64,000 nt of DNA. It comes from an uncultured virus (IMG/VR IMGVR_UViG_3300042389_001675). Taxonomy: Duplodnaviria; Heunggongvirae; Uroviricota; Caudoviricetes. Below the pieces are notes generated by a model. It did no database searches and had not been told where the DNA came from. It was given only the letters and a program-made list of their open reading frames with translations. Below are positions 42,280-57,053 of this stretch, in pieces. Where the stretch lies: IMG/VR virus record IMGVR_UViG_3300042389_001675; one strand, written 5' to 3'. The position numbers were made by a program, and so were the translations under genes. How positions within the stretch are numbered: the stretch's first letter is position 1; every line of letters begins with the position of its first letter.

Positions 42280-45200
42280 GCGACACCCCATTTGGCCAAG
42301 GAATACGCCGACTGCTGACTCAGTTGTGTGCTATTGAAAGCCAGCAAGTAGGCAGAAATTTCATAAATTGGATTATTGATGAATCCACCGTCACCGTTGC
42401 CCAGCTGACCGACGGTGGCGCTTTGGGTCGGATTACCCGGACGACTGGCGGTGGTCTGCGTAGAACCTTGCTGTACGCCGTTGACGTAGAAATAGTGGTC
42501 ATTGCCCACTCTTACTACCGTAAATCGATAAACTTGCCCGGCGGTGGGCGTCCAGCTTACCCGCACAAACCCGTTAAATCCGCCACCATTATAATGCAGC
42601 CCCAGATATCCGGCACCGACAATACCGTTTGAACCGTAGCCAAAACCCCATTTTGATGTGATGCCTGGTCCGTTACTTTGTCCAATTAAAACACCGCCCG
42701 TCGAGCTTGCTTTGTGTACAACATCGATGGTGAAATCACCACTAAACACCAGATTCCAGCCAACAGTGCTGGCGACAGTCAGGAATTGACTTGAACCATT
42801 GTAGGTGGTACCGCTGAAGCCGTTTTGCCCGCTGACAGGTGCCAGCCAGGTAGGGCGATTCGCCAGCGTTGTCTGGGTTGCGTGCCGGTTGCTGCCGGAT
42901 AAATCACTCCACTGGTAGATCGACTGTCCGGCCGTGTTGACATTGGTGGCACCGGCGTCGGTAAATAGGCTGCTGCGCTGGGCGGCGTCCAGCCAGAGAA
43001 CCGCACCCGAAACAGGAAGGGATGCGTAAGGATCGTAAAGATCTGGATAGGCGGAAGAAGAGGGTGTGAAGTTGCTTACATACCGGGCTCTGCCTTTGGT
43101 GAATCTGACTTCGTCGATGTATCCGTTAAAAAAATCGCCCATAAGACCGCCCGCATTATATCTATCCGCGCCAATCACGAACGGATACGCATTGTCATTT
43201 AACGCTAAAGCTGTTGTTGTGGACGTTCCAGCTGTGCCATTTAGATAAGGCGTTATCGTTGAACCATTTCGTACAAGTGCCAGATGAGTCCATGTATTCA
43301 AACTGACCGTACCGCCAGACACGCCACTGGCAAGCTCCCAGCTTGTACCGGCACTTGAAAGATAATAGACATATGAAGTTCCGTTTACTGCTAGTATGTA
43401 AGGTCCAAATCCGGCTACTTTGGAAATTACTGCTTTAAATCCACTGGACGATGTTATATAAACCCACGCTTCAATTGTAAAATCACCGGATCCGACTTCA
43501 AAGAGCGTGTTGTCGTCAATAGAAAGATAACTACTGCCGCTAATTGAAGCACTGGCACCACCAAATTTGCTTTGCGCTGTACTGACTTGTGCTGTTCCGG
43601 ATGCAGTGACTGTTAACGCATTGGGTGAACTATCGATAAACGTGGTTGAACCGTTTGTCCCATCCATATGTAGCAGCAAACTGGTGCTGGAGTAGTACGG
43701 ATCAGCTGCCGGGTTAGACGCGCCATTTGAAAACGCCGCAGTCTGCGGCACAAAGTTAGAGGTATATCTTGCCGACTTGGAAATACGAAACTCTTCGATG
43801 TAGCCGTTGTAGGCGAACGTACTGTCTTGTGTATCGATAAAGCCGCTAAGTCGCAGAATGTTATCAGTTAAATTTGTCGACAGCGTGGCGGTTGCGCTGG
43901 AAACACCGTTGATGTATAGCGTAAGTGTAGTACCGCTTCGCACCAGCGCCAGGTGCTGCCAGGCGTTAGGCGTGCGACCAGAAGCCACGGACAGAATCGT
44001 GGCGTTATTACAATACACCAAAAAACCATTACCATCTTCGCGAAACATCAAGCCATTTGTACCGGTTTGAGCAGTGCGGAAATCCACCATACCCCGCAGC
44101 GAAGACCCTACAGTGCGCGAAAAGAACCAGCCTTCTACGGTAAAGTCGCCAGCGCCTAAAACAAAGGCATTGTTGGCCGCAGCGGTGACCGTATCGCCAT
44201 TACCATCAAAACGCCCCATGCCCGTACCAAACTTGGGCGCTATCGCCAGAATGCGGGCGTCACCGACAGGCGTAAATGTAGGATTTGTCAGGCTGCTGTC
44301 CACAAACGTGGTCGAGTCATTTGTACCATCAAAGTGCAGTAAGGTTGAGACATTGGCAAAAAACGGATCATTGGTAGGGGTAGGGAGTGCATCCGGAAAC
44401 GCTGCTGTTGGTACAACAATTGAACGAGCAACACCTTTGGTCACTCGCACATCATCAACAAAACCGGAAAGCGATCCGCTGGTATTATCAACTTCTGCAC
44501 CAATCACGAGTCCCGTGCTGGTAGCATCAACAACGGCGTCCGTATCCGTCACTGTACTGCCGAGTTGTGTCCCATCGCGGAACAGTCGCCAAGAATTGCC
44601 GGAGCGAGTTACCGCCACGTAATACCATGTATTTATCGCCCAGCCCGCCGTTGAACCTTGCGAAAAATCAACAACTGATACGTTTGAACCATTTACCGCC
44701 GAAAACCTTAACCCTGGTGAACTTTGACTGGTCCGTGTGTCGTAATACAACAACCACCGTTGTGCTGCCCCTGAGTTTCCGTGGGTAATCAAAACAGAAT
44801 AGCTATTGGACGGCAAGGCGGTAAACCTGACCCACATTTCAATCGTGAAATCACCGGAACCGAAGTTAAACCCAGCATTGAACGGAATCGTCAGAACATT
44901 GCCTGCGCCATTAATTGCTGCAGCGCCTGTACCGAACTTGGTAACTGCTGTCGTAATATTTGCCGTACCAAGCGCAGTGACTACCAGGGCGTTTGGTCCG
45001 CTGTCGATAAAACTTGTACTGCCGTGTGTACCGTCAGCATGCAGCAGCAGCGAGACTTTATCAAAGTAGGGGTCAGCTCGTTTAAAATCCGGATTTGAAG
45101 TCGAAGTTACCGTGAAGTTTGCCGTGTACCTGGCAATGCCTTTGGTGATTTTTAAGTCATCGATCAGGCCATTAAATGCTTCTGTTGTGCCCGAACTATC

Positions 45201-48200
45201 CAACCCAATCCGGGTACTACCCCCGCCTGGCACGTAATATCCGTTATAACCGCTGGAAGTTGTCGTTTGCTGATTACCGTTAATGTAGAATTTGACAAAA
45301 CCATTCTGCCGTACGGCAGCAAGGTGGTACCAGGTATTTGCGACGAACGAAAACGCACAGCGTTCATTGTCTGCCTGTCCGATTTTAGCTACGTTCAAAC
45401 CGTTTGCTGCGGACAGGTAAGATTGCCCGATCCGGAAGAAAAAACCGCCTGCGGTACTGTTACGCAAAATCACCATCGAGCTTGCGACGCTGTAGAGGTA
45501 CACCCAACATTCAACGGTGAAATCCCCGGTGCCGAAATCAACCGGGTTGGATGCAAGTTCCAGATAGTCTCCATTACCATCAAACTCCGCCGCACCGCTA
45601 CCGAACCTTGGGTTAGCTGTGCTGATTTGCGCGTTACCGTAGGCGGTTACAGCCAAACTGCGTGGACCACTGTCGGTAAAGGCTGTACTGCCATGCGCGC
45701 CATCCATCCGAAGTAACAGACTGACGTAGCTGGCATAAGGATCATCCGCCACGAGCGCCGGAGTAGTTGCGGCGACAGGGAAACGCGGCGTAAAGTTGGC
45801 GGTGTAGAGGGCTTGTCCTTTATATATCAATACATTCTGCAGCTGCCCGTTAAATCTACGGCCTGTCTGCGCAGACTCATTCGCCCAACCAATATTTAAT
45901 GTACCGGTTTGTGAAATATTAGATGAGTTCGTGATAGTTGAACCATTTACACCGTTTAAAAAAGTCTTTAACGTAGTACCTGCGCGACAAACCGCAAAAT
46001 GATACCAAGTATTAGCAGTCACAGTTGCATCGTAAGTTTCAACGCCCCCGCCAACTCCAATACCAAACCCAAATTTAGAATTGTTCTGAACAATTTGCCA
46101 TCCGCCGTCAAAGCCACTTGTCAGTGTACCCATCGGTGTTTTTAAGACGCTTAAATCCGCGCTTTTTATCCAGCATTCAATTGTGAAATCGCCTGTCCCG
46201 AAATTAACTTGTGGTGCCGTAATAGAGAACCACTGGCTGCCGTTAAAGGCTAAAGCTTCTAATCCGCCTCGGCCGCTTGCAGGTGCCACCAGCGTCGGAC
46301 GGCTTGCCGCTGTCGCCTGCACCGCGTGCTGATTGTTACCGGACAGATCATTCCACTGATAAATTGCCTGCCCGGAATTGATTGCGTTTACAGCCCCAGC
46401 ATCCGTAAACAGGGAAAGTTGACGAGCGGCGTTTAGATGTAGAGCTGCGCCAGGGATGACCGCCGCATCTGCTACGTTGTAAAAATCCGGAAAAGGTGTG
46501 GTCGGTACGGAGAAATTACCGGCATACCTGGCCATCTTGGTGATGCGTAGTTCGTCCACATAGCCATTAACCGAAAAGGTATTGTTAAACGCAGCCCCAA
46601 TCCTGACGTTACCCGAATTGGTATAGGATGCCGTGTCGGTGTAGTTTGAACCCTGCTGTGTGCCGTTTACATATAACTTTGTGACGCCGCTGAATCGTAC
46701 TAGCGCGATATGATACCAGGTGGCCGCCGAAATGGCTGAACTCGTAATTGCATCGATGCTGCCGTCGTACAAGCGCAACGTGCCATTTGACGCCATGTAA
46801 ATAGCACGAGTAGCACTGCCCAGCTTGTCGATAATATTCTGCTGTACTGCTGCGTTATTGGTATAAAACCAGAACTCGACCGTGAAGTCGCCCGTACCGA
46901 AAGTAACAGAGGTGGTAGATACTGGTTCAAGATAATCTCCGCTGCCATCAAAATAAGCACTGGAATTACCAAACCGACTGCGTGTGGTACTTAACTGCGC
47001 ATTACCGGTAACATTCGTACTGATTCCCGCCGGTCCGCTATCCAAAAATGTCGTACTGCCATTTACACCATTCATGTGCATAAGCAGCGTGACCTGATTA
47101 AAGTACGGATCGGAAAACGGGATTGGCCCTGGATCAGCAAAGGGAGCTGCAGGTGGGGTGAACGCTGCCGTATACAATGCCTCTTTTACAATCCGCAGTT
47201 CATCAAGATAACCGTTAACAAAGCGGGCATTTTTGGGGTAATCTGTACCCAGTAAGAATGCCCCGTCCGTAAAGCTATTCGACGTTGTCCAGGTAGAACC
47301 GGTCTGGGTTCCATTTAAAAACAGTCGAATTGCCGTACCAGATCGACAGACTGCCACATGCGTCCAAGTATTTGTTGTAACTGCGGCGCCGAGAATTTGA
47401 ACACTACCCTGGTACACAAGGATTCGTGATGAATCGTCCGTACCAATAACAAAACCATTTCCGTTAGGATTGGTTTCGCTGGTCCGACAGTCAAAAATGG
47501 AATAGCGGCCGGAAATTGTGCTGTAAAACCAGAATTCGACCGTAAAGTCACCCGTGCTGAAGTTAGTGATATTCGTATTTGTCGCTGAGATGTAATCACC
47601 ATTACCGTCAAAGTAGGCACTGGAATTGCCAAACTTGCTCTGTGTTGTGCTGATCTGCGCGTTACCGTTTACCGTCATTGGAATACTGTTCGGTCCGCTG
47701 TCGACAAAATTGGTAGAACCATTGGTGCCGTCAAAGTGCATTAACAGACAGGTACTGTTGAAATACGGATCGGCGACAGGTTTTACGCTGTAGTCTTTAA
47801 ATGGCTCTGCTTGTACAACAAACCCTGCCTCGTAAAGAGCTTCGCGCACGATTCGAACTTCATCAATCTTACCGTTGAAGTAATATTCAAACCCGGTATA
47901 GGCCGTGGCCCCAATGCGAAAAGCCGTATTCACGTTTTGGATGGCCGTGGCGTTGGTGCCTGTTCCCAGAATTGCGCCATTCAGGTAGACGGTAAGTGTC
48001 GTCCCGTTTCGCACTACGGCCAGGTGATACCAGGTGTTTAAGTCGAATGAGTAGTTTATGGTTGTTGCCGTAGGTCCCGCGTTCGACGCAAACAACTCAA
48101 CGCTAATCGACGTAAAACTGGATGCCGTGCCAGTTAGCACCACGCTAAACTGCCGACCACCCACAGCATCCTTGGCAAAAATTGCCGATTTGTACTGACC

Positions 48201-51200
48201 GGAATAATTTGAAGCATAACCGGTAATGTAGATCCAGGCCTCAAGCGTGAAGTTTCCGCTGCCAAATTCAAACAATTCGTTATCCGCGTATTCCAGATAA
48301 TCGCCGTTACCATCCAGGCTAAGGCAACCTGAACCGAATTTAGCGCCGGTTGTACTGATCTGCGTGTTACCGCCCACGGTAGGTACCAGACTATTACTGC
48401 TGGAATCAATAAACGTTGTCGATGTGTTGGCACCGTCGAAATGCAGCAACAGGCTGGTTTTGTCTTGATAGGCTGTTGCAGCCACGTTCGCCGTAAACGG
48501 CGGTGTAAATTTAGTCAGGTACAAGGCTTCACGCGTGACCCGCAGTTCATCAATCCGACCACGAAAATACTGGTTGTAAAGCGGTCGACCGCCGATAACT
48601 GCAAGATTATTGGAGTTGGTCAGCGTACCGCTATTGCTGGCTGACCCACTTTCCAGGCCGTTAACATAAACTTTGTAGGAACTGCCGTTTTTTACGTACG
48701 CGATATGGTACCAGGTATTCAAGTTAAGCGGATTAGTGGACGTAGTGGCGTTAAAAAGCCAGGAACCATTTCCCGCCAAAAAGTTGAGATAACCGCTACT
48801 CAAGACGCCGATATAGATACCCTGGGCATCGGTGGAGTGGGCCGTGGTAAAAATGGTACCTGGATCGTTGGTAAAGGCGGTGGGATAAATCCAGCACTCG
48901 ACCGTAAAATCCCCTGCACCAAAGTTAAACAAGGAGCTACTGCTCACCGACAGGTAATCGCCGTTACTACTGAAGACCGCAGCACCGCTGCCAATTTTAA
49001 AACCTTTGGTGGTGATCTGTGTGTTACCGAACGGCGTCACCGTCAGTGCATTCGGACTGCTGTCTACAAACGTGGTACTACCTTCCACGCCCTCCATGCG
49101 CAGTAACAAGGCGGTGCGCGTGTCCGGCAAAGTAGGGTCAGCTAACACATTGACCTGATCGACAAAGGCCGCGGGCGACGGTGTGAAATTGCCGACGTAA
49201 CGTGCGGCTTTTGTAATACGGAGTTCATCTACTTTGCAGTTAGCATCAGTAAACAGTTGAAGTGTGCCTTGCACGTAATTTGTTGACGCCGTGACACTGC
49301 CAACCAAATTACCGTTCACAAACATGCGCATGTTTGTGCCTGACCGCGTCAACGCCAGGTGATACCAGGTATTCAGGCTGGGTCGCCAGCTTATGGTCAT
49401 CTGTCCTACGATACGATTGGACACGACCAGGCTGTTGGGCGGTATAGAAAAGTAAAACCCACCTGAGCCATTGATGTACCAGGAAAACCCGCCAGATGTC
49501 GCTACGTCTACCAGAGAAATTTGCCCAGTAGGCCAGGCACTGAAGTTGATCCAGAATTCCACAGTAAAATCGCCCGATCCGAGCGCAAACAGCGGATTAC
49601 TGGCGACCTCCAGGCGGTTACCTGTGCCGTAAAGCCGACAGGCACCTGAACCAAAGCGAGGTTCGTTTGTACTGATCTGTGCACGACCTACTGCAGTCGG
49701 AATTAACTTGTATGGTCCGCTATCAGTAAAGGTCGTACTACCCTCCACCCCGTCAAAATGCAGCAGCAAACTTGTCTTGGTGAAATAAGGATCAGCCGCG
49801 GCAGCCGCAGGCAAATCCGGCAACGCAGTCTGCGGCGGTGTAAACGCATTTAAGTAACGCGCAACACGTGAAACACGAAAATCATCGATAAGTCCATTAA
49901 GATAAAGTCCAGGAAACGGATTACCGCGTGCACCTACCGTAATGTCCGTGGACGGTGTATTAATGATACCAGCTACAGTTACGGTACTGCCTGCCTGTAC
50001 TCCGTTCCAGTAGGCCGATACGGAACTTCCCGAGCGCACAAAGGCAAAATGATACCAAACACCCGTTGTCGGAGTTGCCGGTAAAACATAAGCATTACCA
50101 TAATCGGTGGAACCGACTGACAGTGTCGTCTCCAGCTGATAAGTCCCGGTATTGTTGTAAAGGTAAAATTGAAACGAAGAAGCTGATGCCGAGGCTCCTC
50201 GCGCAAAGAAAAAACCGGCGTAATTTCCAGTTGTTGGTAACGAGTTGAAATAAACCCAGCCTTCTACGGTAAAGTTACCCGGAAATCCAAAGAGCGCCGC
50301 GTTGCCTGAAACCGTCAAATAGGACGAACCGTTCAGACTTAATGCCGCCGTACCGTATTTGGGGCTTGAGGTCGAAAGCGTTGGTGAACCTGCGCCGGTT
50401 GCAATTGTCAGCGCATTAATACTGCTGTCAACAAACGTCGTAGATCCGTTACTACCGTCCATGTGCAGCAGCAGACTGACGTCGTTAAAGTAGGGATCGG
50501 TTACACCAAAGTCCGGAAAAGCCGTGGTTGCAGGCGAAAAGTTGGCGGTATACCTGGCTGCTTTTGTAATTCGAAACTCGTCCAGGTAGCCGTTAAGTTT
50601 GAGAAACGTGGCCACAGAACCTACAGTTAACGTACCGGTAGCGGAAAAATTGTTACCCCAGCCGGAAGATGCCGTAATTGTCTGCGACACACCGTCTACA
50701 AACATGTAAATCGTGGAACTGCTGCGTACTACCGCGACGTGGTACCACTGGTTTAAGTTTGGTGTCCAGTTAAAATAGGCATAAACCGAACCGTCGCCGT
50801 GTCTTCCTAAGCGCAACCGTTTTGTGCCGCCTGAATCTTCAAGCGCAAACCACCACATGCTAGTGTTTGCGGCAAATTCACTCGACTGGGTGTTGGCGAT
50901 CCCCATGAGCTGATTTGTACCCGGCAAAGCTGAAAACCGGATATACGTCTCAATGGTGAAATCACCGGTACCAAACGCAAAAGCGGCGTTACTGCCTAAA
51001 TTCAGCTGATCGCCCGTGCCGTCAAAGCTCCCGGCACCAGAACCCACCCGTGGCGCTGCTGTGGTAATTTTGGCATCACCAGCCGCGGTGATGGTAATGG
51101 CATTAGCACTGGAATCCGTAAACGTTGTGGAACCTTCTGAACCGTCGAAATGCAGCAACAGGCTGACAGCGCTGAAATACGGATCGCCGCTGTCGCCCGT

Positions 51201-51233
51201 TAAATCCATCGCAAGCTTGAGTGCGGTAGTCAT
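42276..51233 (-). CDS. Giant multi-LamG/concanavalin-A-like domain virion protein (13 domains)
   Basis: 2985 aa; 11 repeats of DPY...SLLLH.DG..GSTTF.DS...DFT.E.W...WYH.A.VR...G.IDE.RI plus 2 units starting L.L.AA..W.DLSG. Confidence 0.92.
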   Translation of the reverse strand: MTTALKLAMDLTGDSGDPYFSAVSLLLHFDGSEGSTTFTDSSANAITITAAGDAKITTAAPRVGSGAGSFDGTGDQLNLGSNAAFAFGTGDFTIETYIRFSALPGTNQLMGIANTQSSEFAANTSMWWFALEDSGGTKRLRLGRHGDGSVYAYFNWTPNLNQWYHVAVVRSSSTIYMFVDGVSQTITASSGWGNNFSATGTLTVGSVATFLKLNGYLDEFRITKAARYTANFSPATTAFPDFGVTDPYFNDVSLLLHMDGSNGSTTFVDSSINALTIATGAGSPTLSTSSPKYGTAALSLNGSSYLTVSGNAALFGFPGNFTVEGWVYFNSLPTTGNYAGFFFARGASASASSFQFYLYNNTGTYQLETTLSVGSTDYGNAYVLPATPTTGVWYHFAFVRSGSSVSAYWNGVQAGSTVTVAGIINTPSTDITVGARGNPFPGLYLNGLIDDFRVSRVARYLNAFTPPQTALPDLPAAAAADPYFTKTSLLLHFDGVEGSTTFTDSGPYKLIPTAVGRAQISTNEPRFGSGACRLYGTGNRLEVASNPLFALGSGDFTVEFWINFSAWPTGQISLVDVATSGGFSWYINGSGGFYFSIPPNSLVVSNRIVGQMTISWRPSLNTWYHLALTRSGTNMRMFVNGNLVGSVTASTNYVQGTLQLFTDANCKVDELRITKAARYVGNFTPSPAAFVDQVNVLADPTLPDTRTALLLRMEGVEGSTTFVDSSPNALTVTPFGNTQITTKGFKIGSGAAVFSSNGDYLSVSSSSLFNFGAGDFTVECWIYPTAFTNDPGTIFTTAHSTDAQGIYIGVLSSGYLNFLAGNGSWLFNATTSTNPLNLNTWYHIAYVKNGSSYKVYVNGLESGSASNSGTLTNSNNLAVIGGRPLYNQYFRGRIDELRVTREALYLTKFTPPFTANVAATAYQDKTSLLLHFDGANTSTTFIDSSSNSLVPTVGGNTQISTTGAKFGSGCLSLDGNGDYLEYADNELFEFGSGNFTLEAWIYITGYASNYSGQYKSAIFAKDAVGGRQFSVVLTGTASSFTSISVELFASNAGPTATTINYSFDLNTWYHLAVVRNGTTLTVYLNGAILGTGTNATAIQNVNTAFRIGATAYTGFEYYFNGKIDEVRIVREALYEAGFVVQAEPFKDYSVKPVADPYFNSTCLLMHFDGTNGSTNFVDSGPNSIPMTVNGNAQISTTQSKFGNSSAYFDGNGDYISATNTNITNFSTGDFTVEFWFYSTISGRYSIFDCRTSETNPNGNGFVIGTDDSSRILVYQGSVQILGAAVTTNTWTHVAVCRSGTAIRLFLNGTQTGSTWTTSNSFTDGAFLLGTDYPKNARFVNGYLDELRIVKEALYTAAFTPPAAPFADPGPIPFSDPYFNQVTLLMHMNGVNGSTTFLDSGPAGISTNVTGNAQLSTTRSRFGNSSAYFDGSGDYLEPVSTTSVTFGTGDFTVEFWFYTNNAAVQQNIIDKLGSATRAIYMASNGTLRLYDGSIDAITSSAISAATWYHIALVRFSGVTKLYVNGTQQGSNYTDTASYTNSGNVRIGAAFNNTFSVNGYVDELRITKMARYAGNFSVPTTPFPDFYNVADAAVIPGAALHLNAARQLSLFTDAGAVNAINSGQAIYQWNDLSGNNQHAVQATAASRPTLVAPASGRGGLEALAFNGSQWFSITAPQVNFGTGDFTIECWIKSADLSVLKTPMGTLTSGFDGGWQIVQNNSKFGFGIGVGGGVETYDATVTANTWYHFAVCRAGTTLKTFLNGVNGSTITNSSNISQTGTLNIGWANESAQTGRRFNGQLQNVLIYKGQALYTANFTPRFPVAATTPALVADDPYASYVSLLLRMDGAHGSTAFTDSGPRSLAVTAYGNAQISTANPRFGSGAAEFDGNGDYLELASNPVDFGTGDFTVECWVYLYSVASSMVILRNSTAGGFFFRIGQSYLSAANGLNVAKIGQADNERCAFSFVANTWYHLAAVRQNGFVKFYINGNQQTTTSSGYNGYYVPGGGSTRIGLDSSGTTEAFNGLIDDLKITKGIARYTANFTVTSTSNPDFKRADPYFDKVSLLLHADGTHGSTSFIDSGPNALVVTALGTANITTAVTKFGTGAAAINGAGNVLTIPFNAGFNFGSGDFTIEMWVRFTALPSNSYSVLITHGNSGAAQRWLLYYDTRTSQSSPGLRFSAVNGSNVSVVDFSQGSTAGWAINTWYYVAVTRSGNSWRLFRDGTQLGSTVTDTDAVVDATSTGLVIGAEVDNTSGSLSGFVDDVRVTKGVARSIVVPTAAFPDALPTPTNDPFFANVSTLLHFDGTNDSTTFVDSSLTNPTFTPVGDARILAIAPKFGTGMGRFDGNGDTVTAAANNAFVLGAGDFTVEGWFFSRTVGSSLRGMVDFRTAQTGTNGLMFREDGNGFLVYCNNATILSVASGRTPNAWQHLALVRSGTTLTLYINGVSSATATLSTNLTDNILRLSGFIDTQDSTFAYNGYIEEFRISKSARYTSNFVPQTAAFSNGASNPAADPYYSSTSLLLHMDGTNGSTTFIDSSPNALTVTASGTAQVSTAQSKFGGASASISGSSYLSIDDNTLFEVGSGDFTIEAWVYITSSSGFKAVISKVAGFGPYILAVNGTSYVYYLSSAGTSWELASGVSGGTVSLNTWTHLALVRNGSTITPYLNGTAGTSTTTALALNDNAYPFVIGADRYNAGGLMGDFFNGYIDEVRFTKGRARYVSNFTPSSSAYPDLYDPYASLPVSGAVLWLDAAQRSSLFTDAGATNVNTAGQSIYQWSDLSGSNRHATQTTLANRPTWLAPVSGQNGFSGTTYNGSSQFLTVASTVGWNLVFSGDFTIDVVHKASSTGGVLIGQSNGPGITSKWGFGYGSNGIVGAGYLGLHYNGGGFNGFVRVSWTPTAGQVYRFTVVRVGNDHYFYVNGVQQGSTQTTASRPGNPTQSATVGQLGNGDGGFINNPIYEISAYLLAFNSTQLSQQSAYSLAKWGVA

Positions 51234-54914
<3,681 letters not shown>

Positions 54915-54935
54915 GCAACTATCCTTGGTGCCTGG

Positions 54936-56156
54936 TTATATGTGTTGAAGTCCTGGATGACGTTGGCCTTTGAGTGCTACCAACTCAAATCGCAGGTACT
55001 TGAAACCTGATTCCCGGTGCCAGTCTGAAAGATAATCATCCGTGCAATTGATCTGCTGAAACCGACACTGCACTTTATTATTACCGGTAGCCGCCCGGCG
55101 TGTATAGGGATACATGCTCATTGCACTGAAACGGCTGCGCCATTCCACATCAGCGTAGCCTGCACCAGATTGTGCGTCCGGTACGATGATTGTAAGGTAG
55201 CCCCCAGGCACCAGGGCTTTGTACGCTTCATTCATGAATTCACGCACCTGGCTACCGGAAAACCACTGCAATTCCGCTTTTGCTATTATATGCCCGTACT
55301 GGTCTGCACCAAAGCCTTGCAGCAGATGTTTATCCGGATTCCAACCCGTTCTGCGCAGCTGGGTTAAATCGAGCGCAGCGTACCCAGTTCGGGTTAGCCA
55401 GGCCTGAATCAAGCGTGGCAGGTAGCTGTCACGCAGCTGCCCGGTGATCTGCTGAATGGTCTGGTTGCGTTCAGCAACCGTATTTTTATCGTGGACGCGA
55501 TAAAGGTAATGACAACCACCGGTGTGTGCAAACTTGGTTCCATTGAGATACGTCTTAATCATCAACTCGTGGTCGTCACCTACTGATAACCATTTGTTAT
55601 GCCCGCCTGCGTCGTAATACGCCTGCCGGGACCAGCTGCGGAGATGATCCGGACAATAATAAATTTCGGCCAGCGATCGCGGGGTAATATCAAAGCAGGC
55701 GCTGGCCAGAAACCGGCGACCGTACACTTTCAATTCGTAATTGGTCCAGCCGTGTGCCGCCGAATAAGCGTATTCCTGATAGGCCCGCGGTTGTGCCGTA
55801 AATCGAAATACCGCGGCGTCGGAATAAACAAACCCGGCCCCGGCTTGAAACTTTTCCCGCACCGTTGCCAGGGTTTGACCGGGTACAAGCAGATCGTCGT
55901 GATCCAGCTCAATCAGCACATCACCCGTTGCGGCATCACACGCCAATCGTTTTAGTTCGCCTACGTTACTGGACGCAGCGGAACCGTCCACCAACCGCAC
56001 CCGCGGGTCACGCCAAATCGCTTCAGGGATCGTTACGTTACGGCCGTTTGGTACGATCACCCATTCCCAGTCGGTAACGGTTTGTAAATTTAAGGAATGG
56101 TATGTTTCGAGCAAATAAGTCGGACGATGGGTGGGTGTAAACAGACTCAGCTTCAT
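54936..56156 (-). CDS. GT2 glycosyltransferase with degenerate C-terminal methyltransferase-like domain
   Basis: Start ATG 56156 (GAGGA RBS); SLFTPTH..QTVTDWEWVIV..ELDHDD..GDDHEL; C-terminal EAYKALVPGG..VP without a clear GxG motif. Confidence 0.88.
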   Translation of the reverse strand: MKLSLFTPTHRPTYLLETYHSLNLQTVTDWEWVIVPNGRNVTIPEAIWRDPRVRLVDGSAASSNVGELKRLACDAATGDVLIELDHDDLLVPGQTLATVREKFQAGAGFVYSDAAVFRFTAQPRAYQEYAYSAAHGWTNYELKVYGRRFLASACFDITPRSLAEIYYCPDHLRSWSRQAYYDAGGHNKWLSVGDDHELMIKTYLNGTKFAHTGGCHYLYRVHDKNTVAERNQTIQQITGQLRDSYLPRLIQAWLTRTGYAALDLTQLRRTGWNPDKHLLQGFGADQYGHIIAKAELQWFSGSQVREFMNEAYKALVPGGYLTIIVPDAQSGAGYADVEWRSRFSAMSMYPYTRRAATGNNKVQCRFQQINCTDDYLSDWHRESGFKYLRFELVALKGQRHPGLQHI

Positions 56157-56165
56157 GGCGTCCTC

Positions 56166-56213
56166 AAAAGAAAAGGGTCGTTCGGCCACATTGTAACCGA
56201 ACGACCCTTTTTT
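56166..56213. terminator. Bidirectional intrinsic terminator closing the head operon
   Basis: AAAAGGGTCGTTCGG-11 nt-CCGAACGACCCTTTT, with T-tracts on both strands. Confidence 0.85.
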
Positions 56214-56228
56214 AGAAGCGGACGTGAA

Positions 56229-56558
56229 TTAGTCCCAGCAAGGAGAAATTGCCGAAAGTGTGCCGTTGCTGACACGGAGTTCTTTCGGCAGATTTGACGT
56301 GACATCCTTGAGTACGGGACTGGTTGTGCTCACAATCGTCAGCTGACCGGTATCCAGTGCGTTTGAAAGCGCATCATAGGCACGCTTCTGTACGCTCCGT
56401 TCACCGCCCTGATTGCCACCCAGGCAGTTACGAATGTCGCCAAAAACGTTATAGGTTTCATTGGCTTCAAGCGTTACGCCGTGAGGTGGCAGAAATCCAA
56501 ACGTGGTGGTGTTACCCGACGTGTTTTTCACCACCGTGTACAGACAAGTAACAGACAT
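56229..56558 (-). CDS. Small putative capsid accessory protein
   Basis: 109 aa; AAGGAG RBS; VVKN..L..NET pattern; downstream of the capsid gene. Confidence 0.6.
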   Translation of the reverse strand: MSVTCLYTVVKNTSGNTTTFGFLPPHGVTLEANETYNVFGDIRNCLGGNQGGERSVQKRAYDALSNALDTGQLTIVSTTSPVLKDVTSNLPKELRVSNGTLSAISPCWD

Positions 56559-56569
56559 TTCTTGTCTCC

Positions 56570-56965
56570 TTATTCGTTACCGGCCAGAAGAGCAGCTTCG
56601 TGGGCCTTCAAAGAAAGCACCGCGTTGTAAAAGCCTGGATCCTGCGCCAGCTCTGCGGCGGCTTGTTTGATCGCCTGATTTTGAATCATGGCTTGCTGCT
56701 GCAAACCTGCAGGCGTGGAACCCAGCACCGAGTTAAGGGCAGAAACGGCACCGCCGAAACGGCTTTGCTCTGCGGCCTGCTTTACCGGACTGTCGAGGTG
56801 ACGCAACTGGCCTGCCAGCTCGAACAGATCAGCGGCTTCCTTGTCCGTGGTCGGTTGGATGCCGTAGCTGGCCAGCTTACTCAGGAAAACCCGAGCATGA
56901 ACACCATCGTACAGCTGCTGGTAAGCTTGGGCCGGATCCGGCAAAGCTTGAGCATTCTGTGACAT
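56570..56965 (-). CDS. K-x-A-rich head/core protein
   Basis: 131 aa; KLA, KEA, KQA x2; GGAG RBS. Confidence 0.65.
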   Translation of the reverse strand: MSQNAQALPDPAQAYQQLYDGVHARVFLSKLASYGIQPTTDKEAADLFELAGQLRHLDSPVKQAAEQSRFGGAVSALNSVLGSTPAGLQQQAMIQNQAIKQAAAELAQDPGFYNAVLSLKAHEAALLAGNE

Positions 56966-57053
56966 AGAAGTAACTCCAAAATCCGGAATTTAACCGTGCG
57001 CCGAAACTATTCAACGCACGGTAATGTAAGTAAGTTGTCCAGCGGACATCCGA

